DNA of 64,000 nucleotides, taken from positions 1,014,125-1,078,124 of the forward strand of contig CBDDIP010000002.1 of the NCBI GenBank assembly GCA_965229005.1, read 5' to 3'. A program made the translations under genes and the position numbers. Under the pieces are notes generated by a model. That model made no database searches. It was not told the DNA's origin and saw nothing but the letters and a program-made list of their open reading frames with translations. The stretch comes from Ilumatobacteraceae bacterium (lineage in GTDB: Bacteria > Actinomycetota > Acidimicrobiia > Acidimicrobiales > Ilumatobacteraceae). This document shows, piece by piece, positions 44,269 to 53,825 of this stretch. Numbering within the stretch: position 1 is the stretch's first letter; the number at the start of each line of letters is the position of its first letter.

Positions 44269-46078
44269 CGACCGTCGTCGAATCAGTGGTCCGCACGATC
44301 GTGCCCATCTCGGCCCACGTGGCGGCGCTGTCGTCGCCGAGGGCGAACATCGACACGCCGCCGATCCGCTCGCGCCGGGCGAGATCGGCCCGTTCGCGAG
44401 TGCCGATGGCATCCACGTAGTGCACCTCGCGAGTCTGGGTGCACGACGTCGTGCCGTCGTCGAGGGTGAGCTCGTACGTGAACGACGCCTCGCCGGTCTC
44501 CGGGTCGTGCACCGGTGTGCCGCCGCGGCGGGCGAGGAGGTCGTCGATCGTTCGCTGATCGACACCGGTGCGCCCACTGTCCTCCGACGTGGGGCACGTA
44601 CCGGTGGTGCTGACCGGCCAGTTGCGGCCGTAGAGCGCGATGCCGAGGATGATCTTGCTGTCGTCGTCGACGGCGCGCTTGGCCGCGTCGATCGCCTGCT
44701 GCACGTAGGCCAAGGGTGCGATCGGCCCGGCTTCGGACGTCGAGTAGTCGTAGGCCATCACCCGGATCTGATCGGCGTGCTCGGCGATGGCGTGGTAGTC
44801 GAAGACCCAGTAGCCGACGTCGCCGACCTTGCCGTCCTCGAGGATCGGCGGCACCGTCACCGACAGCGTGCGGCCCTGCGCGTGCAGCCGCGTGGCCAGC
44901 TCCTCGACGAACGTCGAGAAGTTCCTGCGGGTGTCCTCCCACGAGCCCTTCGGGTCCTGGAACGGGAACACCTCGTAGTCGAGGTCGAGCCCGGCGAAGT
45001 CGTTCTCCTCGGCCAGCGCGACGAGCGCGTCGACGTGTTGGGCGCGCGTCGTCGAGTCGGCGAGCACCGCGGCCATGCCGCCCGATGGCATGACGTCGTT
45101 GACCGACGGGATCAACGGGATGTCGTGCGCCTTCGCCGCGGCGATGAACTCGGCCGTCGCATCCGCTGGCGCGTTGGCATCGGGAGCGATCGCGGTCGGG
45201 CCCGACGCGGCGTACCAGAACGGCGACAGCGAGCGGAACCAGTTCGGGCGCTCGTTCATGGTCGCCGTCGCTTCGGGCAGCTGCCAGTACGGCACCCACG
45301 CCTCGATGGCGATGTCGGGCGCCGGAGGTGGCGGCGGCGTGTCGTCGCGCGTGACCACCACGCCGACGACGATCGCGGCCACCGCCGCGAGCGCTCCACC
45401 AACCACGAGGCGCCGGCGGGCGAACGTCCCCGCCGACGGGCGCGGGAGCAACGTGTGCGGCTTGAGCTTGGTCAGCGATGCAACGCGGCGGAAGCCCTCG
45501 CCCGCCGGCACGTCGAGCACGTTCGGCACGGCGATCACGTGGCACCCGGCGGCGACAGCGGAACGCACCCCGGTTGGTGAGTCCTCGATCGCCACGCACC
45601 GACCCGGCAGGACGCCGAGCACCTGTGCGGCGCGCAGGTACGGCTCGGGATGCGGCTTGCCGTGGGTGACCTCGTCGCCGGTGATCACCGCCACGAAGCT
45701 GCCCTCCGGCAGCGCCTCGACGACGGCCTCGGCGAAGCGTCGCCACGACATCGTCACCAGTGCGCACGGCACGCCGTCGCGTCTGAGTGCGGCGAGCAGC
45801 TCGCGTGCGCCCGGTCGCCACGGGATCTTGCGCTTGACCTTCTCGATGACGCCGTCGAGGAGGCGGTTGACGATGTCGTCGACCTCCAACGTCACACCGC
45901 CCTCGCGCTGGAGCACCCGCGCCGAGTCGCGCAGGTCGAAGCCGACCATCGAGTGCGCCTTCTCGTCGTTCCACGAGCCGTCGCCGAAGCGCTCGACGAG
46001 CTCGTACTCGGTGGCGATCCAGTACGGCTCGGTGTCCACGAGCGTGCCGTCCATGTCCCACAGGACCGCGTCCGGCAA
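44258..46078 (-). CDS. single ORF encoding HAD-superfamily hydrolase domain - TM segment - glycoside hydrolase family 18 (chitinase-like) domain
   Basis: HAD motifs I-IV (LWDMDGTLVDTE, THGKPHPEP, IEDSPTGV); RRRLVVGGALAAVAAIVVGVVVT TM; GH18 catalytic DxxDxDxE (FAGLDLDYEV). No stop codon between the domains; TTG at 45451 could be an independent GH18 start; HAD start TTG 46078 (or TTGA-coupled 46147). Confidence 0.5.
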   Translation of the reverse strand: MPDAVLWDMDGTLVDTEPYWIATEYELVERFGDGSWNDEKAHSMVGFDLRDSARVLQREGGVTLEVDDIVNRLLDGVIEKVKRKIPWRPGARELLAALRRDGVPCALVTMSWRRFAEAVVEALPEGSFVAVITGDEVTHGKPHPEPYLRAAQVLGVLPGRCVAIEDSPTGVRSAVAAGCHVIAVPNVLDVPAGEGFRRVASLTKLKPHTLLPRPSAGTFARRRLVVGGALAAVAAIVVGVVVTRDDTPPPPPAPDIAIEAWVPYWQLPEATATMNERPNWFRSLSPFWYAASGPTAIAPDANAPADATAEFIAAAKAHDIPLIPSVNDVMPSGGMAAVLADSTTRAQHVDALVALAEENDFAGLDLDYEVFPFQDPKGSWEDTRRNFSTFVEELATRLHAQGRTLSVTVPPILEDGKVGDVGYWVFDYHAIAEHADQIRVMAYDYSTSEAGPIAPLAYVQQAIDAAKRAVDDDSKIILGIALYGRNWPVSTTGTCPTSEDSGRTGVDQRTIDDLLARRGGTPVHDPETGEASFTYELTLDDGTTSCTQTREVHYVDAIGTRERADLARRERIGGVSMFALGDDSAATWAEMGTIVRTTDSTTVATT

Positions 46079-46143
46079 GCTGCCACGCGGGGCCGGGATC
46101 GGTGCGGGTGTCGGGCGGTCGCCGCGCTCGACGGCGGGCGCGC

Positions 46144-46902
46144 TCAACGCGGGCCACCGTCCACGTTCAACGTGGTGCCGGTCGTGTACGTGGATGCATC
46201 GCTGGCGAAGTACAGCGCGGCGCCGACGATCTCGTGCGGCTCCCCGCCGCGACCGAGCGCGAACGCGCCCTTCGCCGTGCGGTTGAACGCGTCGAGGTCC
46301 CACGCCTTGGAGATGTCGGTGAGGAACGGGCCGGGCACGATGCAGTTGACGCGCACCGACGGACCAAGCGTGCGCGCCAGCCCGTAGGTGAGGTTGTTGA
46401 CGCCAGCCTTGGCTGCGCCGTAGACGAGCTCCGACGGGCTCGGGCGCTGCGAGGCGACCGACGAGACGAAGATGATGGAGCCGCCACCCGCCTGCTGCAT
46501 GCGTGTGCCGACGTTGGCGGAGAGCCGGAACGGGCCTTTGAGGTTGACGCCCATCACCTTGTCGTAGAGCTCCTCGGACACGGCGTCGACGCTCGGGTAC
46601 AACGGCGACATCCCGGCGTTGTTGACCAGCACGTCCACCCGGCCGAACTCGGCGTACACCTGGTCGGCCAGCGTGTCGGCGTCGTCCCACGATCCGGCGT
46701 GGTAGGCAATGGCCATCGATCGCCGCCCGAGCGCCCGGACTTCCTCGGCGACGTCCTCGCAGTTGTTCAGCTTGCGGCTGGCGACGACCACATCGGCGCC
46801 GTGCTCGGCGAAGGCCAGGACCATCTCCTTGCCGAGGCCACGGCTGCCGCCGGTGACCACGGCAACCTTGCCGGACAGGTCGAACAGATCCCGTGACGTC
46901 AT
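46144..46902 (-). CDS. SDR family short-chain dehydrogenase/reductase
   Basis: TGGSRGLG cofactor motif, NNAG, catalytic YGAAK; start MTSRDLFDLSGKVAVVTGG at 46902. Confidence 0.85.
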   Translation of the reverse strand: MTSRDLFDLSGKVAVVTGGSRGLGKEMVLAFAEHGADVVVASRKLNNCEDVAEEVRALGRRSMAIAYHAGSWDDADTLADQVYAEFGRVDVLVNNAGMSPLYPSVDAVSEELYDKVMGVNLKGPFRLSANVGTRMQQAGGGSIIFVSSVASQRPSPSELVYGAAKAGVNNLTYGLARTLGPSVRVNCIVPGPFLTDISKAWDLDAFNRTAKGAFALGRGGEPHEIVGAALYFASDASTYTTGTTLNVDGGPR

Positions 46903-46982
46903 CCGGACAGTCTGGCCGATGGTGCCGCCGGGCCATGGGCAGACGGTTGACAACACTTAGCGATGACGCTAAATATGGTGCG

Positions 46983-47309
46983 ATGTCTGCACCGATCACC
47001 GCCTTCGCCCACTACCGCGTCACGCCTGGTCACCTCGATGAGTACCTCGCCATCCTCGACGCTCACTGGCCGCTGCTGCGTGGCCTGGAGCTGGTCACCG
47101 ATCGACAGCAGGAGGTCTACGTCGGCGAGGAGAAGGGGCTCGAGGGGCCGTACGTCATCGAGATCTTCGACTGGGCCGACGAGGAAGCGTCCGCACGCGC
47201 GCACCAGCACCCCTCGGTCAGCGCGATGTGGGAGCAGATGGGCGAGCACTGCGAGTCGCGCGGTGGCAAGCCGCCGTTCGAGTTCCCCAACCTGCGCCGC
47301 GTCCAGTGA
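46983..47309 (+). CDS. ABM (antibiotic-biosynthesis-monooxygenase-like) small protein
   Basis: About 108 aa ferredoxin-like fold candidate (AFAHYRVTPGHLDEYLAILDAHWPLL…); stop overlaps the ArsR start (GTGA). Confidence 0.5.
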   Translation: MSAPITAFAHYRVTPGHLDEYLAILDAHWPLLRGLELVTDRQQEVYVGEEKGLEGPYVIEIFDWADEEASARAHQHPSVSAMWEQMGEHCESRGGKPPFEFPNLRRVQ

Positions 47310-47647
47310 CGGGGGCCGAGCCGAAACGTGCGAAGGGCCTTGCCGACCTCGACGACATCGATGCCGTGTTCGGCGCGCTCGCGCACGTCAGCCGTCGCCA
47401 CATCGTGCAGGTGCTCCACGCCCGCAACGGCACGATGACCGCCGGCGAGCTCAACGACCGCTTCTCGCACTCGTGGCCGACCACCACCCGCCACCTCGGT
47501 GTGCTCCTCGACGTCGGGCTGATCTCGGTCGACAGCGTCGGTCGCGAACGTCACTACCGCCTCGAACGCCAACGCCTCGGTGACGTTCTCGGCCTCTGGT
47601 TGTCCGGCGTGGGACTGACGTTGACGGAGGTCAGGAGAAGCGGGTGA
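47306..47647 (+). CDS. ArsR/SmtB family transcriptional regulator
   Basis: wHTH …LAHVSRRHIVQVLHARNGTMTAGELNDRFSHSWPTTTRHLGVLLDVGLI…. Confidence 0.7.
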   Translation: MTGAEPKRAKGLADLDDIDAVFGALAHVSRRHIVQVLHARNGTMTAGELNDRFSHSWPTTTRHLGVLLDVGLISVDSVGRERHYRLERQRLGDVLGLWLSGVGLTLTEVRRSG

Positions 47648-48419
47648 CGAGGCCCTTGCGGCGGAAGACCTTCAGCATCCACGTCGAGTAGGCGAAGCAG
47701 ATCAGCACGATGACCACCGCGCCGATGAACCCGTCGCGGATCTCTGCTCGAGGCAGCGGGTTGCCTGCCAGCACCTCGCGCAGTGCCGAGAAGGCGTGCG
47801 TGCTGGGCAGCACGCGAGCCAGCGGTTGGAACACGCCGGGCAGCGAGTCGACGGGGTTGAACACACCCGAGAAGGCCATGAGGATGAAGTTGCTGCCCCA
47901 CGTGATCACCTCGGCGCCCTGGCCGAAGCGCAGCACGACGCCGATGTTGGCGATGCCGATGCCCCAGCCGACGACGATCAGGATCGCCGCGATCGGCAGC
48001 ACCGACCAGCCGACCGATGACAGGTCGAAGCGGAAGAATCCCCACGCGGTGATCGACACCGTGGTGAGGGCCAGCGCCACTTTGGCCAAGCCGAACACGG
48101 CCGTGCCGGCGATGTACTCGACCTCGGTGACCGGGGTGGTGAGCACGTTGAGCAGGTTGCGGCTCCACGTCTCCTCCATGAAGCCGGTCGCCACGGCGAT
48201 CTGGCTCTGGAAGAGCACGTGGAACATCATGATCCCGGCGAGGAGGTACGGCGTGCTCGCGCCGACGCTGCCGGCCTGGCGGGCGACGTAGGTGCCGAGG
48301 CTGCCCCACAGGATGACGTCCATCAACGGCCAGAAGGCGATGTCGAACCAGCGGTGCGGGGCGCGCCAGAGCACGTAGACGTGGCGGCGCATGACCACGC
48401 GAATCCGGCGGAGGTTCAT
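47631..48419 (-). CDS. ABC-2 type transporter permease
   Basis: 6-TM ABC-2 layout, 262 aa; start overlaps the ATPase stop. Confidence 0.8.
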   Translation of the reverse strand: MNLRRIRVVMRRHVYVLWRAPHRWFDIAFWPLMDVILWGSLGTYVARQAGSVGASTPYLLAGIMMFHVLFQSQIAVATGFMEETWSRNLLNVLTTPVTEVEYIAGTAVFGLAKVALALTTVSITAWGFFRFDLSSVGWSVLPIAAILIVVGWGIGIANIGVVLRFGQGAEVITWGSNFILMAFSGVFNPVDSLPGVFQPLARVLPSTHAFSALREVLAGNPLPRAEIRDGFIGAVVIVLICFAYSTWMLKVFRRKGLVTRFS

Positions 48420-49147
48420 CGGCCGTGCGTCTCTGCCAGCTCGAGGAACACGCCCTCCAGATCGCCGTGGCCGTACAGCGCAGCGATGTTGGCCGGGCTG
48501 TCGTTGGCGACGACCTGCCCGCGTGCCAAGAACACCACTCGTGTGGTGAGCATCTCCACCTCGCGCATGTCGTGGCTGGTGATCAACAGGCCGGCGCCGG
48601 TGCGCGCGCAGTAGTCCATCAAGCCGGTTCGCACCTTCAGAGCGACGTCGGGGTCGAGCGAGGCCGTCGGCTCGTCGAGCACCATCAGCCGCGGCTCGTG
48701 CAGCGTGGCCTTGACGATGCCGACGAGCGTTCGCTGACCGCTCGACAGCGAGCTGCACAGGCGGTCGCCGAGGTGGGTGATCTCGAAGCGCTCCAGCGCC
48801 TCGTTGACGGCGTCGCGCTCGTGGCGCACGCCGTACCAACCGGCGAAGACGCGCAGCGCCTCGTTGACCTTCAGTCGCTCGGGCAGCGGCAGGTAGCCGG
48901 CCGCGAAGCCGATGCTCTCCATCGCCTTCGAACGATGACGGGGCAGCTTGTGCCCGGCGATCTCGATGGTGCCCGCAGTGGGCTCGATGGCGCCGAGGAT
49001 CATCAGCAGCGAGGTGGTCTTGCCGGCGCCGTTCGGTCCGAGCAGGCCGACGCGCTCACCGTCCGCGACGACGACGTCGATGCCGCGCACGGCCTCGACG
49101 TTCTTGAAGGTCTTCCGAAGACCGATCGCGCGAAGGACATCCCCCAT
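48416..49147 (-). CDS. ABC transporter ATP-binding protein
   Basis: Walker A GPNGAGKTT, signature LSSGQR, Walker B LMVLDEPT, H-loop. Confidence 0.9.
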   Translation of the reverse strand: MGDVLRAIGLRKTFKNVEAVRGIDVVVADGERVGLLGPNGAGKTTSLLMILGAIEPTAGTIEIAGHKLPRHRSKAMESIGFAAGYLPLPERLKVNEALRVFAGWYGVRHERDAVNEALERFEITHLGDRLCSSLSSGQRTLVGIVKATLHEPRLMVLDEPTASLDPDVALKVRTGLMDYCARTGAGLLITSHDMREVEMLTTRVVFLARGQVVANDSPANIAALYGHGDLEGVFLELAETHGR

Positions 49148-49273
49148 CGGCCCAGTCTGACCGGTTCGTTCCGTCGACCTGCCCTGATTTGCGCTGCGGC
49201 GGGGTGGCTGGCACCACCGCGGAAGGCGGTCAGCCCCCTCGTCACGATCCGGCACGCGTCGTACGATCGGACG

Positions 49274-51664
49274 ATGCCGGGACTCCGGGGAGCCGACCTG
49301 CGTTTGTGGGCCCGCAGCGAGTTGCGTCGCCGGTGGCTGTCCCTGGTGCTGCTCGGCGTGCTCGGTGGGCTCGCCGGCGGGCTGGCGATCGCCGCCTACG
49401 ACGGCGCACAGCGCAGCGAGACTGCGTACGACCGGATGCGCGACCAGCTCCACGGCGCCGACGTGATCCTGTTCCCCAGTCAGGTGGCGATGTACGACTT
49501 CGACCCGACGATCCTCGACTCGCTTCCGGAGGTCGAGTCGTGGGGCGGCTTCTCGTTGAACGACAGCAGCATCGACGGATTGCCGGCCGGCGCGACGCCG
49601 ATGATCGTCAGCAACGACTGGTTCGCGACGCTCGAGGGCGCCAAGCTGCTGCAGGGCCGGCTGCCGGATCCGACTCGCGACGACGAGGCGCTGGTGACCG
49701 CGCCGATCCTCGACCAGGCCCCCGATGGCTTCGGGGTCGGGAGCGAGCTGACCTGGCGCAACCTGACGTTCGACGAGGCGGCGCAGTTCGGCGACGAGGG
49801 CGCGCCGCCGGACTTCGACTGGACGACCGCGCAGGGCACGGTGACCACGCTGACGATCGTCGGCGTCGTGCGCATGCCGCTGGAATCCGTCGCCGCGTTC
49901 GCCAGCGAGGGGCTGCTGCTGACGTCGCCTGGTTGGGCGGCGCAGCACGTCGACGACACGCCGCTCTGGTGGACCAACGCCATCGTCCGCCTGCGCCACG
50001 GTGCAGCCGACGTGCCGGCGTTGAAGGCCGACATCGCCCGCCTCACCGGTCGCGCCGACATCCCCGTCAAGGAACTGTCGACGGACATCAAGCGCGTCCA
50101 GCGCTCGCTCGATGTCGAGCACACCGCACTGCTGATGTTCGCCGGCGCCCTGGCGATCGCCGCACTGGTCCTGGTCGGGCAGGCGATCGTGCGTGCCACA
50201 GCGTCCGGGGCGACGGCCGCACCGCCGCTGAGAGCCATGGGAGCGACGACCGTCGGGCTGGTGGTCGGGCTGACGTTGCCGATGCTCGTCACCGTGATCA
50301 CCACGCTCGTCGTTGCCGCGATCGTGGCGATCGTTGCGTCGCGCTGGTTCCCGGTCGGGCTCTCCCGTCGCGTCGACCCCGACCTCGGCGTGCACGTGGT
50401 CGCCTCGCGAGTCGTGCTCGGCGCGCTCATCGCCACCGGCCTCGTGCTCGCGGTCGTGGCGGCGTCGGCAGCGGTGCTGCAGCGCGAGCGCCGTACTCGC
50501 AGCTCGCGTCGTGCCCATCTGCTCGGCGCGTTGACGCGCGCCGGTGTGCCGCTGTCGCCGGCGATCGGCGCCAGCCTGGCGGTCGACTCGTCCGGCGATC
50601 GCGGCGGTCGTTCCCGACTTGCGCTGCTTGCCGGCGCGGCGGGCGTGGTGGCTGTCGTCGGCGCGCTGACGCTCGTGCGCGGGATCGACGACATCGTCGA
50701 GCATCCCGAGCGCACCGGTGCCACGTGGGACCTCGAGCTGCAGGACACCGGCGCCCAGACCGAGGACGACGTCGTCGCCACGCTGCTCGCGGATGCCGAC
50801 ATCGCGGACATCGCGCGCGTCGGTCGAGTGGCGAGCGCCATCAACGGGCTCGATGCGCCGATCTACGCCCTCGACGTGATCAAGGGCTCGATGTCGTTCA
50901 CCGTCGTACGCGGCCGAGCCCCCACCGACGACGGCGAGATCGCGCTCGGGCCGGCGACGATGCGTGCGCTCGACGTGGACGTCGGCGACACGGTCGTCGC
51001 CGGCCCGCAGCGCACGCCCGTGCGCGTCGTCGGCGTTGCGCTGCTCGCCCAGCACATCCACAGCTCGTTCGACGAGGGCGGTTGGGTGACGCGATCGACG
51101 TACGCGCCGATCGCCGCCAACGAGGAACGCACCGACCAGGACGACGAAGGGTTCCTCGGACTCGCCGAGGGGGTCACGGCCGAGGCAGCGATCAGCCGCC
51201 TCCCACCGTTCTGGTACATCACCCAGCCGTCAGTGTCGACCGATGCCACCAACCTTGCCCAGGTCCGTGGCCTGCCCATCTACTTGGCCGTCTTCCTGGC
51301 GTTGCTGGCCGTCGGCGCAGTCGCCCACGCGCTGTTCACCGGGGCCCGCCAACGCGCCCGCGAGCTCGCTGTCCTGCGAGCACTCGGGCTGACCGCGCGG
51401 CAGGTGGCGGCGTGCGTGTCGTGGCAGGCGCTGGCGATCGGCGCGGTGGCCGTCGTCGCCGGCATCCCCGTCGGGGTGATCGTCGGCCGGCGAGTGTGGC
51501 GAGCGATCACCGAGCAGCTGTCGTTCGTCTACGTCGGTCCGTGGTCGTCCAACGTCCTCGCCGCCGCGGTGCCCGTGTGCCTGCTCGGTTGCGTCCTGCT
51601 CGCAATCCTCCCGGCCAGAAGCACCGCGCAGCGCGGCATCGCCGACACCCTCCGGGACGAATAG
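49274..51664 (+). CDS. FtsX-like (MacB-type) permease with two FtsX TM bundles and large extracytoplasmic domains
   Basis: 796 aa from ATG 49274 (upstream part of the listed 1079-aa ORF is antisense of the ABC genes); two 4-TM FtsX-type modules each preceded by a large soluble domain. Confidence 0.7.
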   Translation: MPGLRGADLRLWARSELRRRWLSLVLLGVLGGLAGGLAIAAYDGAQRSETAYDRMRDQLHGADVILFPSQVAMYDFDPTILDSLPEVESWGGFSLNDSSIDGLPAGATPMIVSNDWFATLEGAKLLQGRLPDPTRDDEALVTAPILDQAPDGFGVGSELTWRNLTFDEAAQFGDEGAPPDFDWTTAQGTVTTLTIVGVVRMPLESVAAFASEGLLLTSPGWAAQHVDDTPLWWTNAIVRLRHGAADVPALKADIARLTGRADIPVKELSTDIKRVQRSLDVEHTALLMFAGALAIAALVLVGQAIVRATASGATAAPPLRAMGATTVGLVVGLTLPMLVTVITTLVVAAIVAIVASRWFPVGLSRRVDPDLGVHVVASRVVLGALIATGLVLAVVAASAAVLQRERRTRSSRRAHLLGALTRAGVPLSPAIGASLAVDSSGDRGGRSRLALLAGAAGVVAVVGALTLVRGIDDIVEHPERTGATWDLELQDTGAQTEDDVVATLLADADIADIARVGRVASAINGLDAPIYALDVIKGSMSFTVVRGRAPTDDGEIALGPATMRALDVDVGDTVVAGPQRTPVRVVGVALLAQHIHSSFDEGGWVTRSTYAPIAANEERTDQDDEGFLGLAEGVTAEAAISRLPPFWYITQPSVSTDATNLAQVRGLPIYLAVFLALLAVGAVAHALFTGARQRARELAVLRALGLTARQVAACVSWQALAIGAVAVVAGIPVGVIVGRRVWRAITEQLSFVYVGPWSSNVLAAAVPVCLLGCVLLAILPARSTAQRGIADTLRDE

Positions 51665-51683
51665 CCCGGTACCGTGTGCCGCC

Positions 51684-52799
51684 ATGGAGCCGGGTTCCGA
51701 GGCGGAGCCGGTGCGCAAGCCGCACCGCATCTTCGATCGGCCGCGCCAACCGCACGATTGGCGCTGGGTGGTCGGTGGCGTCGGACGCACGCTGATCGTG
51801 CTCGGGCTGCTGATGTTCGCCTTCGTCGCCTACGAGCTGTGGGGCACGGGCATCTACACCGCGCAGGCGCAGCAGCAGCTCGACGGCGACTTCCACGACC
51901 TGGCCATCCCGGCGACCACCACGACCACCGTGCCGGGTGTGACCACGACGACCGATCCGGCCGCGCCGCCGCCGATCCCCGTGGTCGCCTACCCGTGGCC
52001 CGTGCCCGAGGTCGGCGACGTGTTCGTGCAGATCAAGATCCCCAAGATCGGCGTCGACTACAAGGTCCTCGAGGGCGTCGACCAGGAGGAGCTGGCCAAG
52101 GGCCCGGGTCACTACCCCGACACCGTGCTGCCGGGGCAGCTCGGCAACACGGCGATCGCCGCCCACCGCACGACGCACGGCGCGCCGTTCAACGAGATCG
52201 ATCAGCTCGATCCGGGCGACGAGATCCGGCTCAGCTACCCGCAGGTCGGTGAGACCAGCCCGACGTTCGTCTACCGCGTGACGAGCACCGAGATCGTCAA
52301 ACCGTCGGACTACCAGGTGATCTTCACCGTGGATCCGACGAAGGCGACGCTGGTGCTGACGTCGTGCAACCGCGGCACGACGCAACGCATCGTCGTGCAC
52401 GCCGAGCTCGACCTCGCCGCTTCCAGCGCGCTCTGGGCCGCGACACCGCTGCCCACACCCGACCCCACCGACACCCTGCCCGGCGAGGACAGCGTTCCCG
52501 ACACCGTCCCGGTGTCGTCGCCCGCGTCGACGCCGGCCACACCGTCGACGACGCCGGCGGTCGCTCCCGTGGTCGCCGCGCCCGATGCGTTCGCCGGCGG
52601 TTGGTTCGACGACGGAGCTGCGTGGCCGCACATCATCGGGTGGGGCGTGTTGCTCGTCGCGCTCACCTACGGCGGCTACCGACTGGCCAGGCGAACCCGC
52701 CGCATCTGGCTCGGCACGCTCGTCGTGTTCGCCCCGTTCGTCGTCGCCCTCTACTTCTGGTTCGAGAACATCAGCCGCCAGCTCCCGCCCGGCTTGTAG
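51684..52799 (+). CDS. class E-type sortase family transpeptidase
   Basis: N-terminal signal-anchor, sortase TLxTC catalytic motif (ATLVLTSCN) with upstream His, Thr/Pro linker, extra C-terminal TM. Confidence 0.7.
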   Translation: MEPGSEAEPVRKPHRIFDRPRQPHDWRWVVGGVGRTLIVLGLLMFAFVAYELWGTGIYTAQAQQQLDGDFHDLAIPATTTTTVPGVTTTTDPAAPPPIPVVAYPWPVPEVGDVFVQIKIPKIGVDYKVLEGVDQEELAKGPGHYPDTVLPGQLGNTAIAAHRTTHGAPFNEIDQLDPGDEIRLSYPQVGETSPTFVYRVTSTEIVKPSDYQVIFTVDPTKATLVLTSCNRGTTQRIVVHAELDLAASSALWAATPLPTPDPTDTLPGEDSVPDTVPVSSPASTPATPSTTPAVAPVVAAPDAFAGGWFDDGAAWPHIIGWGVLLVALTYGGYRLARRTRRIWLGTLVVFAPFVVALYFWFENISRQLPPGL

Positions 52800-52811
52800 A
52801 CGGCGGGTGCG

Positions 52812-53825
52812 TCAGCGCAGGCGCATCGCGGGGTTCCGCGACACGCGAAGCCGACCAGGGAGGTGCGACTCGACGGCGAGCAGGCGACGCAAGCGGTGCG
52901 GGTCCTGCATCAGCCGCAGCTTCCAACGCTTCCGGCGGAAGTCGGCGCGCTGTGCGGCGAACTCGTTCATCGCGTCGCGGGCGACCTCCGCACGCGCCCA
53001 GTTGCCCTGTGAGGTGTACCGCACGTAGTCGTCGAGTGACTGCTGGAACAGCCGGGGTACGACGACGTCGCGGTAGTAGAAGCGCTGGAACCGGACGTCG
53101 TCGTCGACGGTCGCGCGCAGCTTGCGACCGAACAGCACGCGGCTGGCGATGAACCGCGAGTCGTCCGACGAGCTGCCGGCGTGGATGCGGAAGCGGGTGA
53201 CGGTGCGGTCGACGTAGTGGTGGTCGAAGCCGGCACGGAACATGCGGATGAACAGGTCGTCGTCCTCATAACCCGACAACGATTCGTCGAAGCCGCCGAC
53301 ATGCAGGAACATCTCGCGTCGCAACAGGCTCGCCGACGGGATCACCATCAGGTCGCGGCTGAGGCAGAACGCCAGCGACGTCTTCGGGTTGGGCACCTGT
53401 GCCTCGCGCAGGAAGCGCTTCGTCACCGTCTGGCCCTTGCCATCGATCTCGTCGAAGTCGCCGTACACCCAACCCAGGCGTGCGCTGCGCTCCATCGCCC
53501 GGACGAGCAGCTCGAGGTGGTCGGGCAGCCAGCTGTCGTCCTGATCGAGGAAGGCGAGGTGACGCGACGTGGCGGCGGCCGCGCCGCGGTTGCGAGCCGC
53601 CGACTGCCCGCCGCGGTCCTGATCGAGCACGGTGATGTCGAAGGGCAGGTCGAGCCCCGCGAGCAGCTTCGCCCCGTCGTCGGTGGAGCCGTCGTCGACC
53701 ACGATGACTTCGTTGGGCAGCACGGTCTGATCGACGATGCTGGCGATCGCGTCGAGGACGTACGCGCCGCCGTTGTACAGCGGGATGATGGCCGAGACGT
53801 CGGCTCGGTTCGTCGGGGTGGTCAT
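52812..53825 (-). CDS. glycosyltransferase family 2
   Basis: VSAIIPLYNGGAYVLDAIASI…VIVVDDGSTDD…DQDD (DxD) GT-A motifs; start overlaps the methyltransferase gene stop. Confidence 0.8.
   Translation of the reverse strand: MTTPTNRADVSAIIPLYNGGAYVLDAIASIVDQTVLPNEVIVVDDGSTDDGAKLLAGLDLPFDITVLDQDRGGQSAARNRGAAAATSRHLAFLDQDDSWLPDHLELLVRAMERSARLGWVYGDFDEIDGKGQTVTKRFLREAQVPNPKTSLAFCLSRDLMVIPSASLLRREMFLHVGGFDESLSGYEDDDLFIRMFRAGFDHHYVDRTVTRFRIHAGSSSDDSRFIASRVLFGRKLRATVDDDVRFQRFYYRDVVVPRLFQQSLDDYVRYTSQGNWARAEVARDAMNEFAAQRADFRRKRWKLRLMQDPHRLRRLLAVESHLPGRLRVSRNPAMRLR

Noticed and set aside
44283-46157. 624-aa - strand ORF
   Set aside because: Alternative frame of the HAD/GH18 reading frame; Arg-rich, no motifs.
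48425-49273. 5' 283 codons of the 1079-aa + strand ORF
   Set aside because: Antisense to the ABC ATPase/permease pair; the real FtsX-like gene starts at ATG 49274 where hydrophobic periodicity and a signal-anchor begin.
49189-51795. 868-aa + strand ORF, extremely Arg/Ala/Gly rich
   Set aside because: +1 frame of the FtsX-like gene; composition incompatible with a folded protein.
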